A stretch of DNA of 64,000 bases from an uncultured Candidatus Saccharibacteria bacterium. GTDB lineage: Bacteria > Patescibacteriota > Minisyncoccia > Phycocordibacterales > CAIZLB01. The stretch lies in assembly GCA_964417855.1 (NCBI GenBank), contig CAYQJB010000001.1, positions 166,709-230,708 on the forward strand, written 5' to 3'. Below are positions 29,476 through 39,881 of the stretch, piece after piece (within the stretch, counting starts at the first letter, position 1; each line of letters opens with the position of its first letter). The translations under genes were made by a program, and so were the position numbers. Below the pieces are notes generated by a model. It was not told the DNA's origin. It did not search any database and saw nothing but the letters and a program-made list of their open reading frames with translations.

Positions 29476-30600
29476 ATGGATCCAATAGAACAAAAACCAG
29501 CACGATTATATCCAAATGCAGATAGGGGATCTGCAGGGATTAACGTCATGCCAACTAGACTTAGTACCAACGCTGACGATCCTTCAAAAAAAGAAGGCGA
29601 CACAAAACCGCTAGTCCACATACAAGATGTATTATCTCAGAAAAAAAACGATACACCTTATAAAACTAGTTCCGTTCACACATTCAAAGATGATATGGCG
29701 GCAGAATCATCGAAGGGAAATTTTTCTATTGGTAAAATTGTTATGGCCAACAGCAAAAAGGCGCATGAAGAGGAAAACAATAATAGAAACGCACAAGATA
29801 CAAACAACCATATCGGGATTAAGTTAGGTGTAATATTTTTATGCATAATAATAATTGGAGCGCTTGCATACCTGGGTTTAAACTTAGCAAAAACTCCACA
29901 AGAGGTAAGCAACCAGGCAAACCCCACAGAACAGGTTGTGAATGGTATTCTGTACTCCGAACAAAACGTAACCTTACCGGTTAACAATAAGACAAAAGCC
30001 AACATATACAAAGATATTTCCAAAGAAATATCTTCAGTGAAAATCCCAACAGGCAAGATGAAGTCTCTTATCTTTACATATCAAGAGGGGGCAAGTACCA
30101 CACAAATATCTGCCTCTGATTTTTTAAACCTGATTGCACCTAGCGCACCCGACATACTTGTTAGAAATATTAGGAAAGAATATGTCTTCGGATATTATTC
30201 TTACGACACAAGTGAGCCTTTTATTATCCTAAAATCATCAAATTACGACTCTGTATTTGCTGGAATGTTAGATTGGGAAAAAAGCATGTATGCAGACTTG
30301 GGAGAACTACTAGTAAATAAAGATTCTATATCTGTAGCACCAACAAACATCACATCAGCATCAACTACCTCAACAACACCAACACCATCAACAACAGATA
30401 CCGTTATAAAAACAGAATATGATACAGGTTTTGTTGATAAAATAATTTCTAATAATGACACAAGGGTTTTGTATAGACAAAATGGTAATATTGCGTTCTT
30501 TTATACCTTTTTCAATAAAGATACTGTCATTATCGCAACAAGCGAACAATCACTTCGTGAGATTATTTACAGACTTACATCAGGTAAAATAACAAGGTAA
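29476..30600 (+). CDS. Hypothetical single-pass membrane protein (disordered N-terminus, ~240-aa extracytoplasmic domain)
   Basis: ORF plus TM segment IKLGVIFLCIIIIGALAYLGL; no recognisable family. Confidence 0.4.
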   Translation: MDPIEQKPARLYPNADRGSAGINVMPTRLSTNADDPSKKEGDTKPLVHIQDVLSQKKNDTPYKTSSVHTFKDDMAAESSKGNFSIGKIVMANSKKAHEEENNNRNAQDTNNHIGIKLGVIFLCIIIIGALAYLGLNLAKTPQEVSNQANPTEQVVNGILYSEQNVTLPVNNKTKANIYKDISKEISSVKIPTGKMKSLIFTYQEGASTTQISASDFLNLIAPSAPDILVRNIRKEYVFGYYSYDTSEPFIILKSSNYDSVFAGMLDWEKSMYADLGELLVNKDSISVAPTNITSASTTSTTPTPSTTDTVIKTEYDTGFVDKIISNNDTRVLYRQNGNIAFFYTFFNKDTVIIATSEQSLREIIYRLTSGKITR

Positions 30601-30712
30601 TCGTCTTTGGTCATTTGGGTGGCAACGACAGTATTATTTCTTTATAAAAACTTCTGTTTTATTTTATAATTACTTTATAGAAACTTTATACCTTATTTGA
30701 TACAATATACAA

Positions 30713-31066
30713 ATGAACTTAGATATACAAAAATACAAAAACAAATTAGAAAATGAATTAACTAGACTGGAAAAAGAAATACAAGAAATATCCCAAAAAG
30801 AAAATGGAACAACATGGGAAGCTATTCAAACAGAAACAGGTGAGGATACTGCAGACAGGGAAGACGTTGCAGAATCTATTGAGAATTACGCATCAAATGT
30901 CTCCATCACTTCTGATTTAGAAAAGAATATTATTGATATAAAAGAAGCATTGTTTAAGATACAATCAAACACATATGGTCTGTGTGAAGTGTGCCAGACT
31001 GAAATAGAAGAAGATAGATTAGATGTTCTTCCTGAGGCTAGGACTTGCAAGGAACACATGAAATAG
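30713..31066 (+). CDS. DksA/TraR-family C4-type zinc-finger protein
   Basis: Coiled-coil N-terminus, then CEVC-x17-CKEH zinc finger in the DksA/TraR arrangement. Confidence 0.6.
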   Translation: MNLDIQKYKNKLENELTRLEKEIQEISQKENGTTWEAIQTETGEDTADREDVAESIENYASNVSITSDLEKNIIDIKEALFKIQSNTYGLCEVCQTEIEEDRLDVLPEARTCKEHMK

Positions 31067-31152
31067 TTTTGTTTTCTTGATATTTTTATAACAGTATTTG
31101 TCTTTTTATATCCTTGGATTTCTGGTATTTTTTAACCTGTCTCATATAAAAA

Positions 31153-32736
31153 TTGTATATATCTTGCAAAGGAATAACCCAAGAGGGAATCTTGTGCCAA
31201 CTTGTTGATGTTGAATTAGACATCTCAAGAGGTCTTTTTTCTTTTTTAATTGTAGGTTTAGCTGATAAGTGTATTGGAGAATCCAGGGAAAGAATAATTT
31301 CTGCTATTAAAAACAGCGGTTTTTCCTCTCCAAAAACAAAAAATCATAAAATAACAGTCTCACTTGTTCCTGCCGGTATTAAAAAAGAAGGTGTATTATT
31401 AGACCTTCCTATTTCCCTTGCTTATCTTGCTGCCTCTGGAGCTGTAAACAAAAAAGCTTTAGAAAACTCAATTTTTATTGGAGAACTTGGCTTAGATGGA
31501 TCTATCAAGCAAAATAATTCTCTAGCCTCCATCATTAGTTCACTTCACAAGGAACAAACCGGTAGAGTAAATCCAGTTATTTTATATAGCAATTTTGAAG
31601 ATAAACAGACCAACCTAATTAAACAATTAAGCATTGAGGGAATAATAATTCATAAATTTACCTATTTAATGGACTTAATAGTATTTCTAAATACTGGGGT
31701 ACAGAACAAAGAAAATGATAGTAAGGGGGTGTTGATGGAAAAAAACCTCATTACAAATATAAGCAACGGTGCTAGTAATGCAAATGCAAGCAACAGCACT
31801 TGTACTGACATAATTTATGAGATTGATTCTGTTGTTGGACAGGAAAAGGCAAAAAGGGCTATTTTAATATCAATGTGTGCCGGATATAACATAATAATGG
31901 CGGGGCCGCCTGGTGTTGGTAAAACAATGCTAGCAAGAAGTATGCACCAACTTCTTCCCACCCTAAAACCGGATGAATATATAGAAGTACTTTCCACACA
32001 CAACAAACTAGAGAGACCCTTTAGATCCCCTCATCATACAAGTAGTTATTCCTCAATCATCGGAGGAGGGAGTCCTATAAACGCAGGTGAAATTACAAAG
32101 GCTCACAAAGGAATTTTATTTCTTGATGAACTACCTGAATTCAACAAAAATATTATTGAATCCCTGAGACAACCCCTTGAACAGGGGATAATACAAATCA
32201 ACAGAACAGGTAATACTGTCACATTACCTTGTAAAATTATGTGTGTTTGCGCAATGAACCTGTGTCCCTGTGGTAACAGAGGTATACCAAAAAAAGACTG
32301 CATTTGCAATGGAAACAAAATTAGTATCTATCAACAAAAAGTATCACAACCTTTTTTGGAGCGCTTTCATGTATCTATAAATTTACCTCACGAGGTTAAT
32401 CACCATAAAAAAACACTAAAGGCGCCAAATGGCCTTATGGGTTATCAAATGACAAAAACCATAAATCATTTTAACAAAATGAGCGTCGCTTTTTTATGGA
32501 ACGATACTGAATCAGAACTACTTGATGAGAATTCAGAGCGAAGAAGTTTTTCCATGAGAGCTATAAAACAAATCAAGGATATAACAGAAACCATTTGTCT
32601 AATAGACTATATTGAGTCAAACTTGCTTAGTATGCAGTTGCAAACCAGGAATACAGAACTTGATTCAAAACAAAAACTTATTATCCAAAAGAAACATCTA
32701 ATTGAAGCCTTCTCCTACAAAAACAACCTCTGGTAA
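31153..32736 (+). CDS. comM: YifB/ComM family Mg-chelatase-like AAA+ ATPase
   Basis: VDVELDISRGLFSFLIVGLADKCIGESRERI N-domain; Walker A MAGPPGVGKTMLAR; ILFLDELPEF Walker B. Starts at TTG. Confidence 0.85.
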   Translation: MYISCKGITQEGILCQLVDVELDISRGLFSFLIVGLADKCIGESRERIISAIKNSGFSSPKTKNHKITVSLVPAGIKKEGVLLDLPISLAYLAASGAVNKKALENSIFIGELGLDGSIKQNNSLASIISSLHKEQTGRVNPVILYSNFEDKQTNLIKQLSIEGIIIHKFTYLMDLIVFLNTGVQNKENDSKGVLMEKNLITNISNGASNANASNSTCTDIIYEIDSVVGQEKAKRAILISMCAGYNIIMAGPPGVGKTMLARSMHQLLPTLKPDEYIEVLSTHNKLERPFRSPHHTSSYSSIIGGGSPINAGEITKAHKGILFLDELPEFNKNIIESLRQPLEQGIIQINRTGNTVTLPCKIMCVCAMNLCPCGNRGIPKKDCICNGNKISIYQQKVSQPFLERFHVSINLPHEVNHHKKTLKAPNGLMGYQMTKTINHFNKMSVAFLWNDTESELLDENSERRSFSMRAIKQIKDITETICLIDYIESNLLSMQLQTRNTELDSKQKLIIQKKHLIEAFSYKNNLW

Positions 32737-32801
32737 GCCAGAGGTTGTAAAACAAGAACTTCATCACTCTAAATTATAAAGAAGGGTTAGCTTGGTGAAT
32801 A

Positions 32802-33827
32802 TTAGAATGGATTTCTCCCTCCACGAACCTCAAAGTGCAAGTGAACTCCTGTTGATTGACCTGTGTTTCCCATTCTTCCTATTTGCTGACCTTTGTTAAC
32901 ATGTGATCCTGCGCTTACTGATGTTGAACTTAAGTGACCATACAAAGTTTGTGTTCCATTGGCGTGCTTGATAACCACATAATCCCCATAACCTCCATTC
33001 CAACCACTATTTTTACTAATGATGACAGTTCCTTCAGCAGCCGCTAATATTGGAACGAAAGCCCCACCAAATGAGGCTAGGTCTACACCATTGTGTCCAT
33101 GAAGACCTTGGGTTCTAACACCACCGTTGACTGGTCTTTTAAAATACCCAGCTAAATTTGAAGATGGTTTTGGTGAGGGTTTAACTTTGGTTGGAACCAC
33201 TTCAATTTCAGCGTTTGGAATTATAATCTCTTGGCCAACAATAAGACCTGCAGACTGGTCTATGTTGTTGTAACTTATGATTTCAGCAACATCTGACTTA
33301 AATTTCTTAGCAAGATCTTCTACATGATCACCTTTCTTTACTGTATATTTAATACCGGTGATTGGTAAAATAACAATTACCTGATCTGGTTTAAGTTCAG
33401 TTCCTGATTTTAGATCATTTGCCCAATAGATAGTATTTGATGTAACGCCAAACATTTTGGCAACCAGCGCGATAGTATCTCCTTTTCTAACTGTGTAAAG
33501 ACTAATTTGATCAGAGTTGTTTCCTTCATCAACAAGAGACCCATCTAGGGCGCTGTTTTCATTTGTGACAGCATAGCCATCAACAATAGACTTATCTTGA
33601 GCCGCATTAGCACCAGCCACCTCAGCACTGTTCGCCGCCTCCAACAGATTTATGTTGTTTATATTTAATTCAGGGTATGCCAAAGCCTCTTCTGTGACAG
33701 CCACAGCGTTTGAAGAAAGAACCTTGTTTTGTGAATTACCTAAAATACCAGACTTTACCCAATCCAAAACACCAAAAACATCCGCTTTAGCATAAAACGG
33801 ATATATCATTACGGTCAAAACAAGCAA
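32802..33827 (-). CDS. Secreted LysM-domain M23 (lysostaphin-like) metallopeptidase
   Basis: Two LysM repeats (YTVRKGDTIALVAKMFGV... and YTVKKGDHVEDLAKKF...); the C-terminal M23 H..D...HLHFE motif region. Confidence 0.85.
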   Translation of the reverse strand: MLVLTVMIYPFYAKADVFGVLDWVKSGILGNSQNKVLSSNAVAVTEEALAYPELNINNINLLEAANSAEVAGANAAQDKSIVDGYAVTNENSALDGSLVDEGNNSDQISLYTVRKGDTIALVAKMFGVTSNTIYWANDLKSGTELKPDQVIVILPITGIKYTVKKGDHVEDLAKKFKSDVAEIISYNNIDQSAGLIVGQEIIIPNAEIEVVPTKVKPSPKPSSNLAGYFKRPVNGGVRTQGLHGHNGVDLASFGGAFVPILAAAEGTVIISKNSGWNGGYGDYVVIKHANGTQTLYGHLSSTSVSAGSHVNKGQQIGRMGNTGQSTGVHLHFEVRGGRNPF

Positions 33828-34181
33828 AATTATTGATGTTTTTGTGACCTTTTCTATCGCTCGTCCTTTTTTATGACGCAGAATTTCTGTAGGTCTGTTT
33901 TTAGGATCGAGGTCTTGAGGGGTTATTAAAATAACTTTAGATTAATTGATAGAATTTCTCTGGGTATAATAGGGCTTAAAATAAAGCATTATTAGTTAGA
34001 ACAAACTGTGTACCTATATATGTTAGAGATATTTTGAATCAAAGTCAACGGTTTTATTAAGACCAACACAATAGTAAAAATAGGTCAAACGAGATAAAAA
34101 AAGGGTACTAGCCAGCTTTGTGATATAGTATTTATACTAAAAATAAAAGTAAATAATCGTAAAAATAAATTCAAATTAAAA

Positions 34182-36158
34182 ATGCATCCACAAACACAAT
34201 CACAAGCATTAACCGGTCTAAATGAAATGCAAAAAGAGGCAGTCACAACACTACATGGACCTCTACTTATATTGGCTGGGGCTGGGGCTGGCAAAACAAA
34301 AACCGTTACACACAGAATTCTAAACTTAATAGAAAACGGTGTTTCCCCTGAATCAATTCTCGCTATTACCTTTACAAATAAAGCCGCTAAGGAAATGCGT
34401 GAGCGTGTGGAACATTTAATTGGAAGCAGCAGAGAGATGAATCTACCTATTCATAACTTCTCAAAGCCTTTCGTATCAACATTTCACTCCCTTTGTCTAA
34501 ATATATTAAAAGAGTCAGGTGACGCAATTGGCATTCCTCGTAATTTTACAATTTACGACAAAAGTGATTCCAAACAAGCCATAAGAGAGGCCGTAAACTC
34601 ACTTGGTTATGACATTAAAATGGTTGAACCTAATAAAATAATGTCTATAATTTCAAGAGAAAAGAGCAATTTTTCATCTATTGGGGCGTATGAAGCGGTA
34701 AATGGAGAAGATCATTTTGGGGCGATAGTAACAGCGGTCTGGAAAAAATATGCTGAGGCACTTTTTAAAGAAAAAGCTCTTGATTTTGACGATTTATTAT
34801 ATAAAGCGGCTGTTCTCCTTAAAACAAAGCCTGAAATTAGGGCTATGTATCAGAATCGATTCAAATTTATTCATATTGACGAATATCAGGATACAAATGG
34901 TATTCAATATGAGCTTGCTCGTCTTTTGGTAGGACCTGAACATAATATTGCCGTAGTCGGGGATATTGATCAGGCTATTTATAGCTGGAGAGGGGCCAAT
35001 ATAAAGAACATTATGAAATTTGAGACTGATTATCCAGAAGCTAAGGTTATTTTACTTGAAGAAAACTATAGATCCACAAAAACGATACTCTCTGCAGCAA
35101 ATGAAATAATTAAGAAAAACATATTTAGAAAAGACAAGAATCTGTTCACAAACAATGAGGATGGGGAATTAATAACCCTATATAACGCTTATGATGAGAA
35201 CGATGAAGCAAATCATGTAGCCAATACATCTAGAGATTTAATAGCTGAAGGCAAAAAAGCGGAAAAAATAGCCGTTTTATACAGAACAAACTCACAGTCG
35301 CGTGCTCTTGAAGAGGCTTTTCTTAGAAAAGGCATAGATTACCAACTCCTAGGAACAAGATTCTTTGAAAGAAGGGAGGTTAAAGATGTTATTTCCTACG
35401 CACGAGCAGCACTTAATCCAGAAAGTCTTGCTGATATAAAGAGAATAATAAACACCCCAGTAAGAGGAATCGGAAAGGTGACGCTCATTAAGATAATGGC
35501 TGATCAAACAGCGGGACTTCCTTCTGCAACAAAACTTAAGGTTGATAACTTTTACGCATTACTATCCAGTATTAAGAACCAAATTGAAACACAAAGACCA
35601 TCGGTTGCAATAAAATTTATTATTGAAAAAACAGGAATAGAGGCAGCACTCAAAGCAGAGAATGATAAAGAAGAAGACCGAGTTGGAAACATTAGAGAAT
35701 TAGTAACACTTGCTACAAGATACGATGACATGCCAGGAAAAGAGGGAATTGAAAAACTTATCGAAGATGCCGTGCTCGCTAGTGATCAAGATTCTTTAAA
35801 TGAAAAGACTGCAAAAAATAACGGAACAGGTGTGAAACTTATGACCGTTCACGCTTCCAAAGGTCTAGAGTTTGATTATGTTTTTATAACCGGACTGGAG
35901 CAAGATTTATTTCCAAGTGGTAGATCATCAGAAGGAAAATCCGGAGAAGATCAAGAGGAAGAAAGGAGATTATTTTATGTTGCCTTAACCCGTGCTCGCA
36001 CAAAACTTTATTTATCTTACGCTAACATGAGAACAATCTTTGGAAGCAAACAAATCAATTTACCATCTGAGTTTATAAAGGACATTAGTGATACACTTAT
36101 CGAGAGACATGATCAGGAAATATCTGGGGGAATAAAATCTATTTTTATAGATTTCTAG
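34182..36158 (+). CDS. UvrD/PcrA-family ATP-dependent DNA helicase
   Basis: GPLLILAGAGAGKTKTVTHRI Walker A; UvrD helicase motifs through VHASKGLEFDYVFI...LFYVALTRAR. Confidence 0.9.
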   Translation: MHPQTQSQALTGLNEMQKEAVTTLHGPLLILAGAGAGKTKTVTHRILNLIENGVSPESILAITFTNKAAKEMRERVEHLIGSSREMNLPIHNFSKPFVSTFHSLCLNILKESGDAIGIPRNFTIYDKSDSKQAIREAVNSLGYDIKMVEPNKIMSIISREKSNFSSIGAYEAVNGEDHFGAIVTAVWKKYAEALFKEKALDFDDLLYKAAVLLKTKPEIRAMYQNRFKFIHIDEYQDTNGIQYELARLLVGPEHNIAVVGDIDQAIYSWRGANIKNIMKFETDYPEAKVILLEENYRSTKTILSAANEIIKKNIFRKDKNLFTNNEDGELITLYNAYDENDEANHVANTSRDLIAEGKKAEKIAVLYRTNSQSRALEEAFLRKGIDYQLLGTRFFERREVKDVISYARAALNPESLADIKRIINTPVRGIGKVTLIKIMADQTAGLPSATKLKVDNFYALLSSIKNQIETQRPSVAIKFIIEKTGIEAALKAENDKEEDRVGNIRELVTLATRYDDMPGKEGIEKLIEDAVLASDQDSLNEKTAKNNGTGVKLMTVHASKGLEFDYVFITGLEQDLFPSGRSSEGKSGEDQEEERRLFYVALTRARTKLYLSYANMRTIFGSKQINLPSEFIKDISDTLIERHDQEISGGIKSIFIDF

Positions 36159-36211
36159 ATCTTAAATATTGTAAATCAATTAAGAGTTTCAAGCAGAAAA
36201 ATATATTTCAA

Positions 36212-37120
36212 ATGAAAAATCCAAATTTAAAAAACAACAGAAGAAGACTCACAAAACAAACAGAACAAGAAGGTTTCATTTCTTCAGGTGAGCCAGTGGG
36301 GGAAACAATGAAGGATTCTGTGTTTGCAAAAAAATCTCTTGGTCAAAATTTTTTAAAGTCCCAAAAGGCACTCAATCAAATTATTGAGGGTGCTGGTGAC
36401 CTAAGGGATAAGACAGTCCTTGAAATTGGCCCTGGAATGGGTTCATTAACCGAAAGACTAATCAAAACCCCCGCAAGCAAAATAATTCTAATTGAGATGG
36501 ATGATAGGCTAATTCCAATACTTACTGAGAAATTTGCTGATGAAATTAAAAACAAAAGAATGGAAATTGTTCATGATGATATTTTAAAAGTAAATTTAAA
36601 TTCAATTGGTCTTACAAAAGGTAATTACAGTTTGATTGCAAATATTCCATATTACATAACAGGTGCAATTATAAGAAATATTATTGGTGGTGATATTTAT
36701 CCAGAAAGAGCTGTGGTTTTAGTACAAAAAGAAGTTGCAGAAAGAATAATTTCTCGTGATAAAAAAGGAAGCCTATTGTCTATCGCCGTGAAAGCAATTG
36801 GCGATCCAAAAATAATTGGCAAGGTTCCAAAAGGTGCCTTTGTTCCATCGCCAAAAGTTGATTCCGCAATACTATTAATTGATAATATTTCAAAAAAAAC
36901 ATTTGACGAAAGTTCTAAAAAAGAAAAAAGGTTTTTTGATATCCTACACGCTGGTTTTGCACACAAAAGAAAATTATTGAAGAGCAATTTAAAAGAACAT
37001 AATATTTTTATTGATGCTGAAAAAGCATTAGAGGTGTGTAATATAAAAAGTGACGCAAGATCTGAAACATTAACATTAGAACAGTGGAAAAAATTATCAT
37101 CTCTTGATATACTTTACTAG
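36212..37120 (+). CDS. rsmA: 16S rRNA (adenine1518/1519-N6)-dimethyltransferase RsmA/KsgA
   Basis: SLGQNFL...LEIGPGMGSLT SAM-binding motif, and NIPYYIT. The true start is probably at the internal MKDSVF. Confidence 0.9.
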   Translation: MKNPNLKNNRRRLTKQTEQEGFISSGEPVGETMKDSVFAKKSLGQNFLKSQKALNQIIEGAGDLRDKTVLEIGPGMGSLTERLIKTPASKIILIEMDDRLIPILTEKFADEIKNKRMEIVHDDILKVNLNSIGLTKGNYSLIANIPYYITGAIIRNIIGGDIYPERAVVLVQKEVAERIISRDKKGSLLSIAVKAIGDPKIIGKVPKGAFVPSPKVDSAILLIDNISKKTFDESSKKEKRFFDILHAGFAHKRKLLKSNLKEHNIFIDAEKALEVCNIKSDARSETLTLEQWKKLSSLDILY

Positions 37121-37959
37121 TGAAAAATTCTAATTCTCATAATAAAGTTTTAATACTTGGTGCGATATGTATTTCAATTCTAGCTGGAGTTCTATCTTAC
37201 AGAATTGCAGATATTAAAAATCAGCAAGACTTAAATAAGCGACCAAAAATTTCTGATGTTTTTGACATAACGGGGGAAAAAGAGGACCCTACAACCAACA
37301 GAATTTTAACAGCCATAGATAATTCAAACAATTCACTTGAAGCATTGTTACCCCAAGTTGATCCATTCACAATAACAGATAGTGATTCAGCAACAGCGAG
37401 AATGGCAAAACAAGTTTATTCTGACTATGTTAATCAAGAGGCAGGAAACTCTGATCTAACCGTAGCAGACATAGCCCAGAATGCCTTAGGTCAAATGTCA
37501 GGTTCAGACATGCCAAGGCTTAAGTATAATTTTAATAATATTACACTAACCGAGAGGTCTGATAGTGAGGATTTGAGACTTTATGGAAATAATTTTGCGG
37601 AAATATATACCAGAAATTTAAACTTAGTCGCACAGAATCAACAAAAATACTCAAATAGCTTAGCAGCATTGGCGGATGTTTATGAGAATATAAGCAAGGA
37701 ATTACTCAAAATTAAATGTCCAATCGGTCTTTCTTCGTATCATCTAACAGTTGTAAATAATTTTCAAGTTCTAGCTGACTCATTTAGATTAATAGACATG
37801 CAAAGTCAAGATCCTGTTAAATCTCTTCTTGGTGTTAAATCAGCCAAGGAAGCAGGAGCCGAAAACGATCAAATGTTTATAAATATTAGTAAGTATTTTA
37901 AAAAGAATGGTATAATTTTTAGCAATAATGAAATAGGGGTGATATGGAACTCCAACTAA
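37120..37959 (+). CDS. Hypothetical membrane-anchored protein, first gene of the T4SS-like cluster (possible VirB8/PrgL-like)
   Basis: GTG start overlapping the ksgA stop; single N-terminal TM (VLILGAICISILAGVLSY). The functional assignment is positional only. Confidence 0.35.
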   Translation: MKNSNSHNKVLILGAICISILAGVLSYRIADIKNQQDLNKRPKISDVFDITGEKEDPTTNRILTAIDNSNNSLEALLPQVDPFTITDSDSATARMAKQVYSDYVNQEAGNSDLTVADIAQNALGQMSGSDMPRLKYNFNNITLTERSDSEDLRLYGNNFAEIYTRNLNLVAQNQQKYSNSLAALADVYENISKELLKIKCPIGLSSYHLTVVNNFQVLADSFRLIDMQSQDPVKSLLGVKSAKEAGAENDQMFINISKYFKKNGIIFSNNEIGVIWNSN

Positions 37960-37969
37960 ACAATTAAAA

Positions 37970-39799
37970 ATGAACAAAACAAAAGACAGCAATATTTGCA
38001 AAAAAGATGGTGGAAAAAAAATTGGCATAGTAATATTTTTTTCTTTAGCTTTTTTAATTTTTAGTTTGGGTGTCGCCAGTGCTCAAACAAATCTTACGGA
38101 CAACCCACTTTTAAATCTAGCTCCTGAACCACCAGCTGCATCAACTCAAACCAAAGTAGACACAGCAGGAGCTCCAAAAGCAACAGTAGTTACAGAGGGT
38201 GCACCAAAAGCAACAATTGTTGATGAAAGTGGGGCCAGTAACGCTTCAGCAAATAAAAGTAATACTGGAACAACGGCGGCCGCACCAGGTGGAGCAGCAT
38301 CCTCTGTAACATCAACTGGAGCTTGCGTTGGTGGTCAAATGCTTGCAAAACTAATGACAAGCGCCATTTCAGCTGGAATAGGCGCCTTAAAAGGAGGAAC
38401 AATGGGTGTTGCAGAACGTTTGTTAAATGTACCATCAACAAACGCACTAACGGAGTCAGCAAGAAACCAGGAAGCTAAATTAAATGCTGAAAATGGTATA
38501 TTTATTTTTGGTGTTCAAACTGGAATAAGTTGGGATGGAATTGCATACTGTATTGTAAACACAGTAATAGATTATATTGTTAATTCAACAATTCAATGGG
38601 CAAACTCAGGATTCAAAGGAAACCCTGCCTTTATCAGAAACCCTCAGCAATTTTTTAAGGGATTAGCAGACCAAACAGCAGCACAATTTATTAGAGAGGT
38701 TGCGTATAATGAAACAGGTATAGATGTCTGTAAGCCATTTAGAGTTGTAATTGCAACAGGTTTAGCTGGTAGTTATTCTAATTTAACAAACGGAAAGTCT
38801 ATACAGTCTTGTTCACTATCACAAATGCAGCAAACAGCAATGCAGTCAGGAAAATATTCAATAACAACCCCTACGGATTGGATTGCTTTAACAAAACCTC
38901 AGAACAATAAGTATTATTCATATATAAACGCAGGGGAAGAGATGAGCAAAAGAGTTGCTGTCAAAAATAACACAGCAAGACTTGACCTTTCAATAAACAG
39001 AGGGTTTCTTAGTTACAAAAAATGTAAAGATGAAAGCAAGCCAGAAAGCAAAACAAACCCTTGTGACACACTAACACCGGGATCAATGATTGCTGATTCG
39101 CTGTCTACAACACTAAATATACCAAAAAACAGACTTGTATCAGCTCAAAAATTTGATCAAATGGTTGATGCGATTGTGAACAACCTGATAAAGATAGCGT
39201 TGAGCAAGACGCTTGAAAGCGTAACTGGACAGGCCCCAACAGCCGCTGTTCAATCAGACTATTATAATATAGTAGCAAACAACGCAACAGCTTATAATGC
39301 TGCAAATATACCTACAGGCCCAGTTGGGCAAGGTGGAACTATAGGTACTTCCGGAGGGCCTCTTCTTCAGCAAATATTGAGTGGTGCCACTTTTTCTAAT
39401 AACGATTGGAATACCTATGCCGTACAACAATTGGTTGCATCGGGTATAGCCAACCTACCAGTTAGTGATGCTTCAACATATTTTTCAGGCGGGGTACCAT
39501 CAGTTCAAGGATACTTAAGTATAATGGCAGCAATAGCACAAAAAGAATCTGGTGGTCAAGCAAAACCAGCAAGATACCAGGAGACAAAGATTGGTAATGG
39601 TACCACATATTCAGTGGGATTAATGAGTCTAACACCCGGAGATTTGGGCACAGGAAATATGACATACGATGACCTAGAAGATCCATATAACAACATTAGA
39701 ATTGCCGTAGGAATTATGGCCAACTTAGTAAGAAAATATGGTGTTCTTCATGGGCCAAACAACACAGGATTATCAGCATATTGGTCAACGTTTAGATAG
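37970..39799 (+). CDS. Secreted protein with C-terminal SLT-type lytic transglycosylase domain (VirB1/PrgK/TcpG-like)
   Basis: Signal peptide; C-terminus AIAQKESGGQ...YSVGLMSLTPGDLG...DPYNNIRIAVGIMANL carries the SLT E-S / GLMQ / AYN-like motifs. Confidence 0.6.
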   Translation: MNKTKDSNICKKDGGKKIGIVIFFSLAFLIFSLGVASAQTNLTDNPLLNLAPEPPAASTQTKVDTAGAPKATVVTEGAPKATIVDESGASNASANKSNTGTTAAAPGGAASSVTSTGACVGGQMLAKLMTSAISAGIGALKGGTMGVAERLLNVPSTNALTESARNQEAKLNAENGIFIFGVQTGISWDGIAYCIVNTVIDYIVNSTIQWANSGFKGNPAFIRNPQQFFKGLADQTAAQFIREVAYNETGIDVCKPFRVVIATGLAGSYSNLTNGKSIQSCSLSQMQQTAMQSGKYSITTPTDWIALTKPQNNKYYSYINAGEEMSKRVAVKNNTARLDLSINRGFLSYKKCKDESKPESKTNPCDTLTPGSMIADSLSTTLNIPKNRLVSAQKFDQMVDAIVNNLIKIALSKTLESVTGQAPTAAVQSDYYNIVANNATAYNAANIPTGPVGQGGTIGTSGGPLLQQILSGATFSNNDWNTYAVQQLVASGIANLPVSDASTYFSGGVPSVQGYLSIMAAIAQKESGGQAKPARYQETKIGNGTTYSVGLMSLTPGDLGTGNMTYDDLEDPYNNIRIAVGIMANLVRKYGVLHGPNNTGLSAYWSTFR

Positions 39800-39881
39800 G
39801 GATAATGTGTAAGTTAAAAATAACCAAAATGGTTAATAAACAACTTATTATTTTTTTAAAGATGGTATATAATATTAACGA

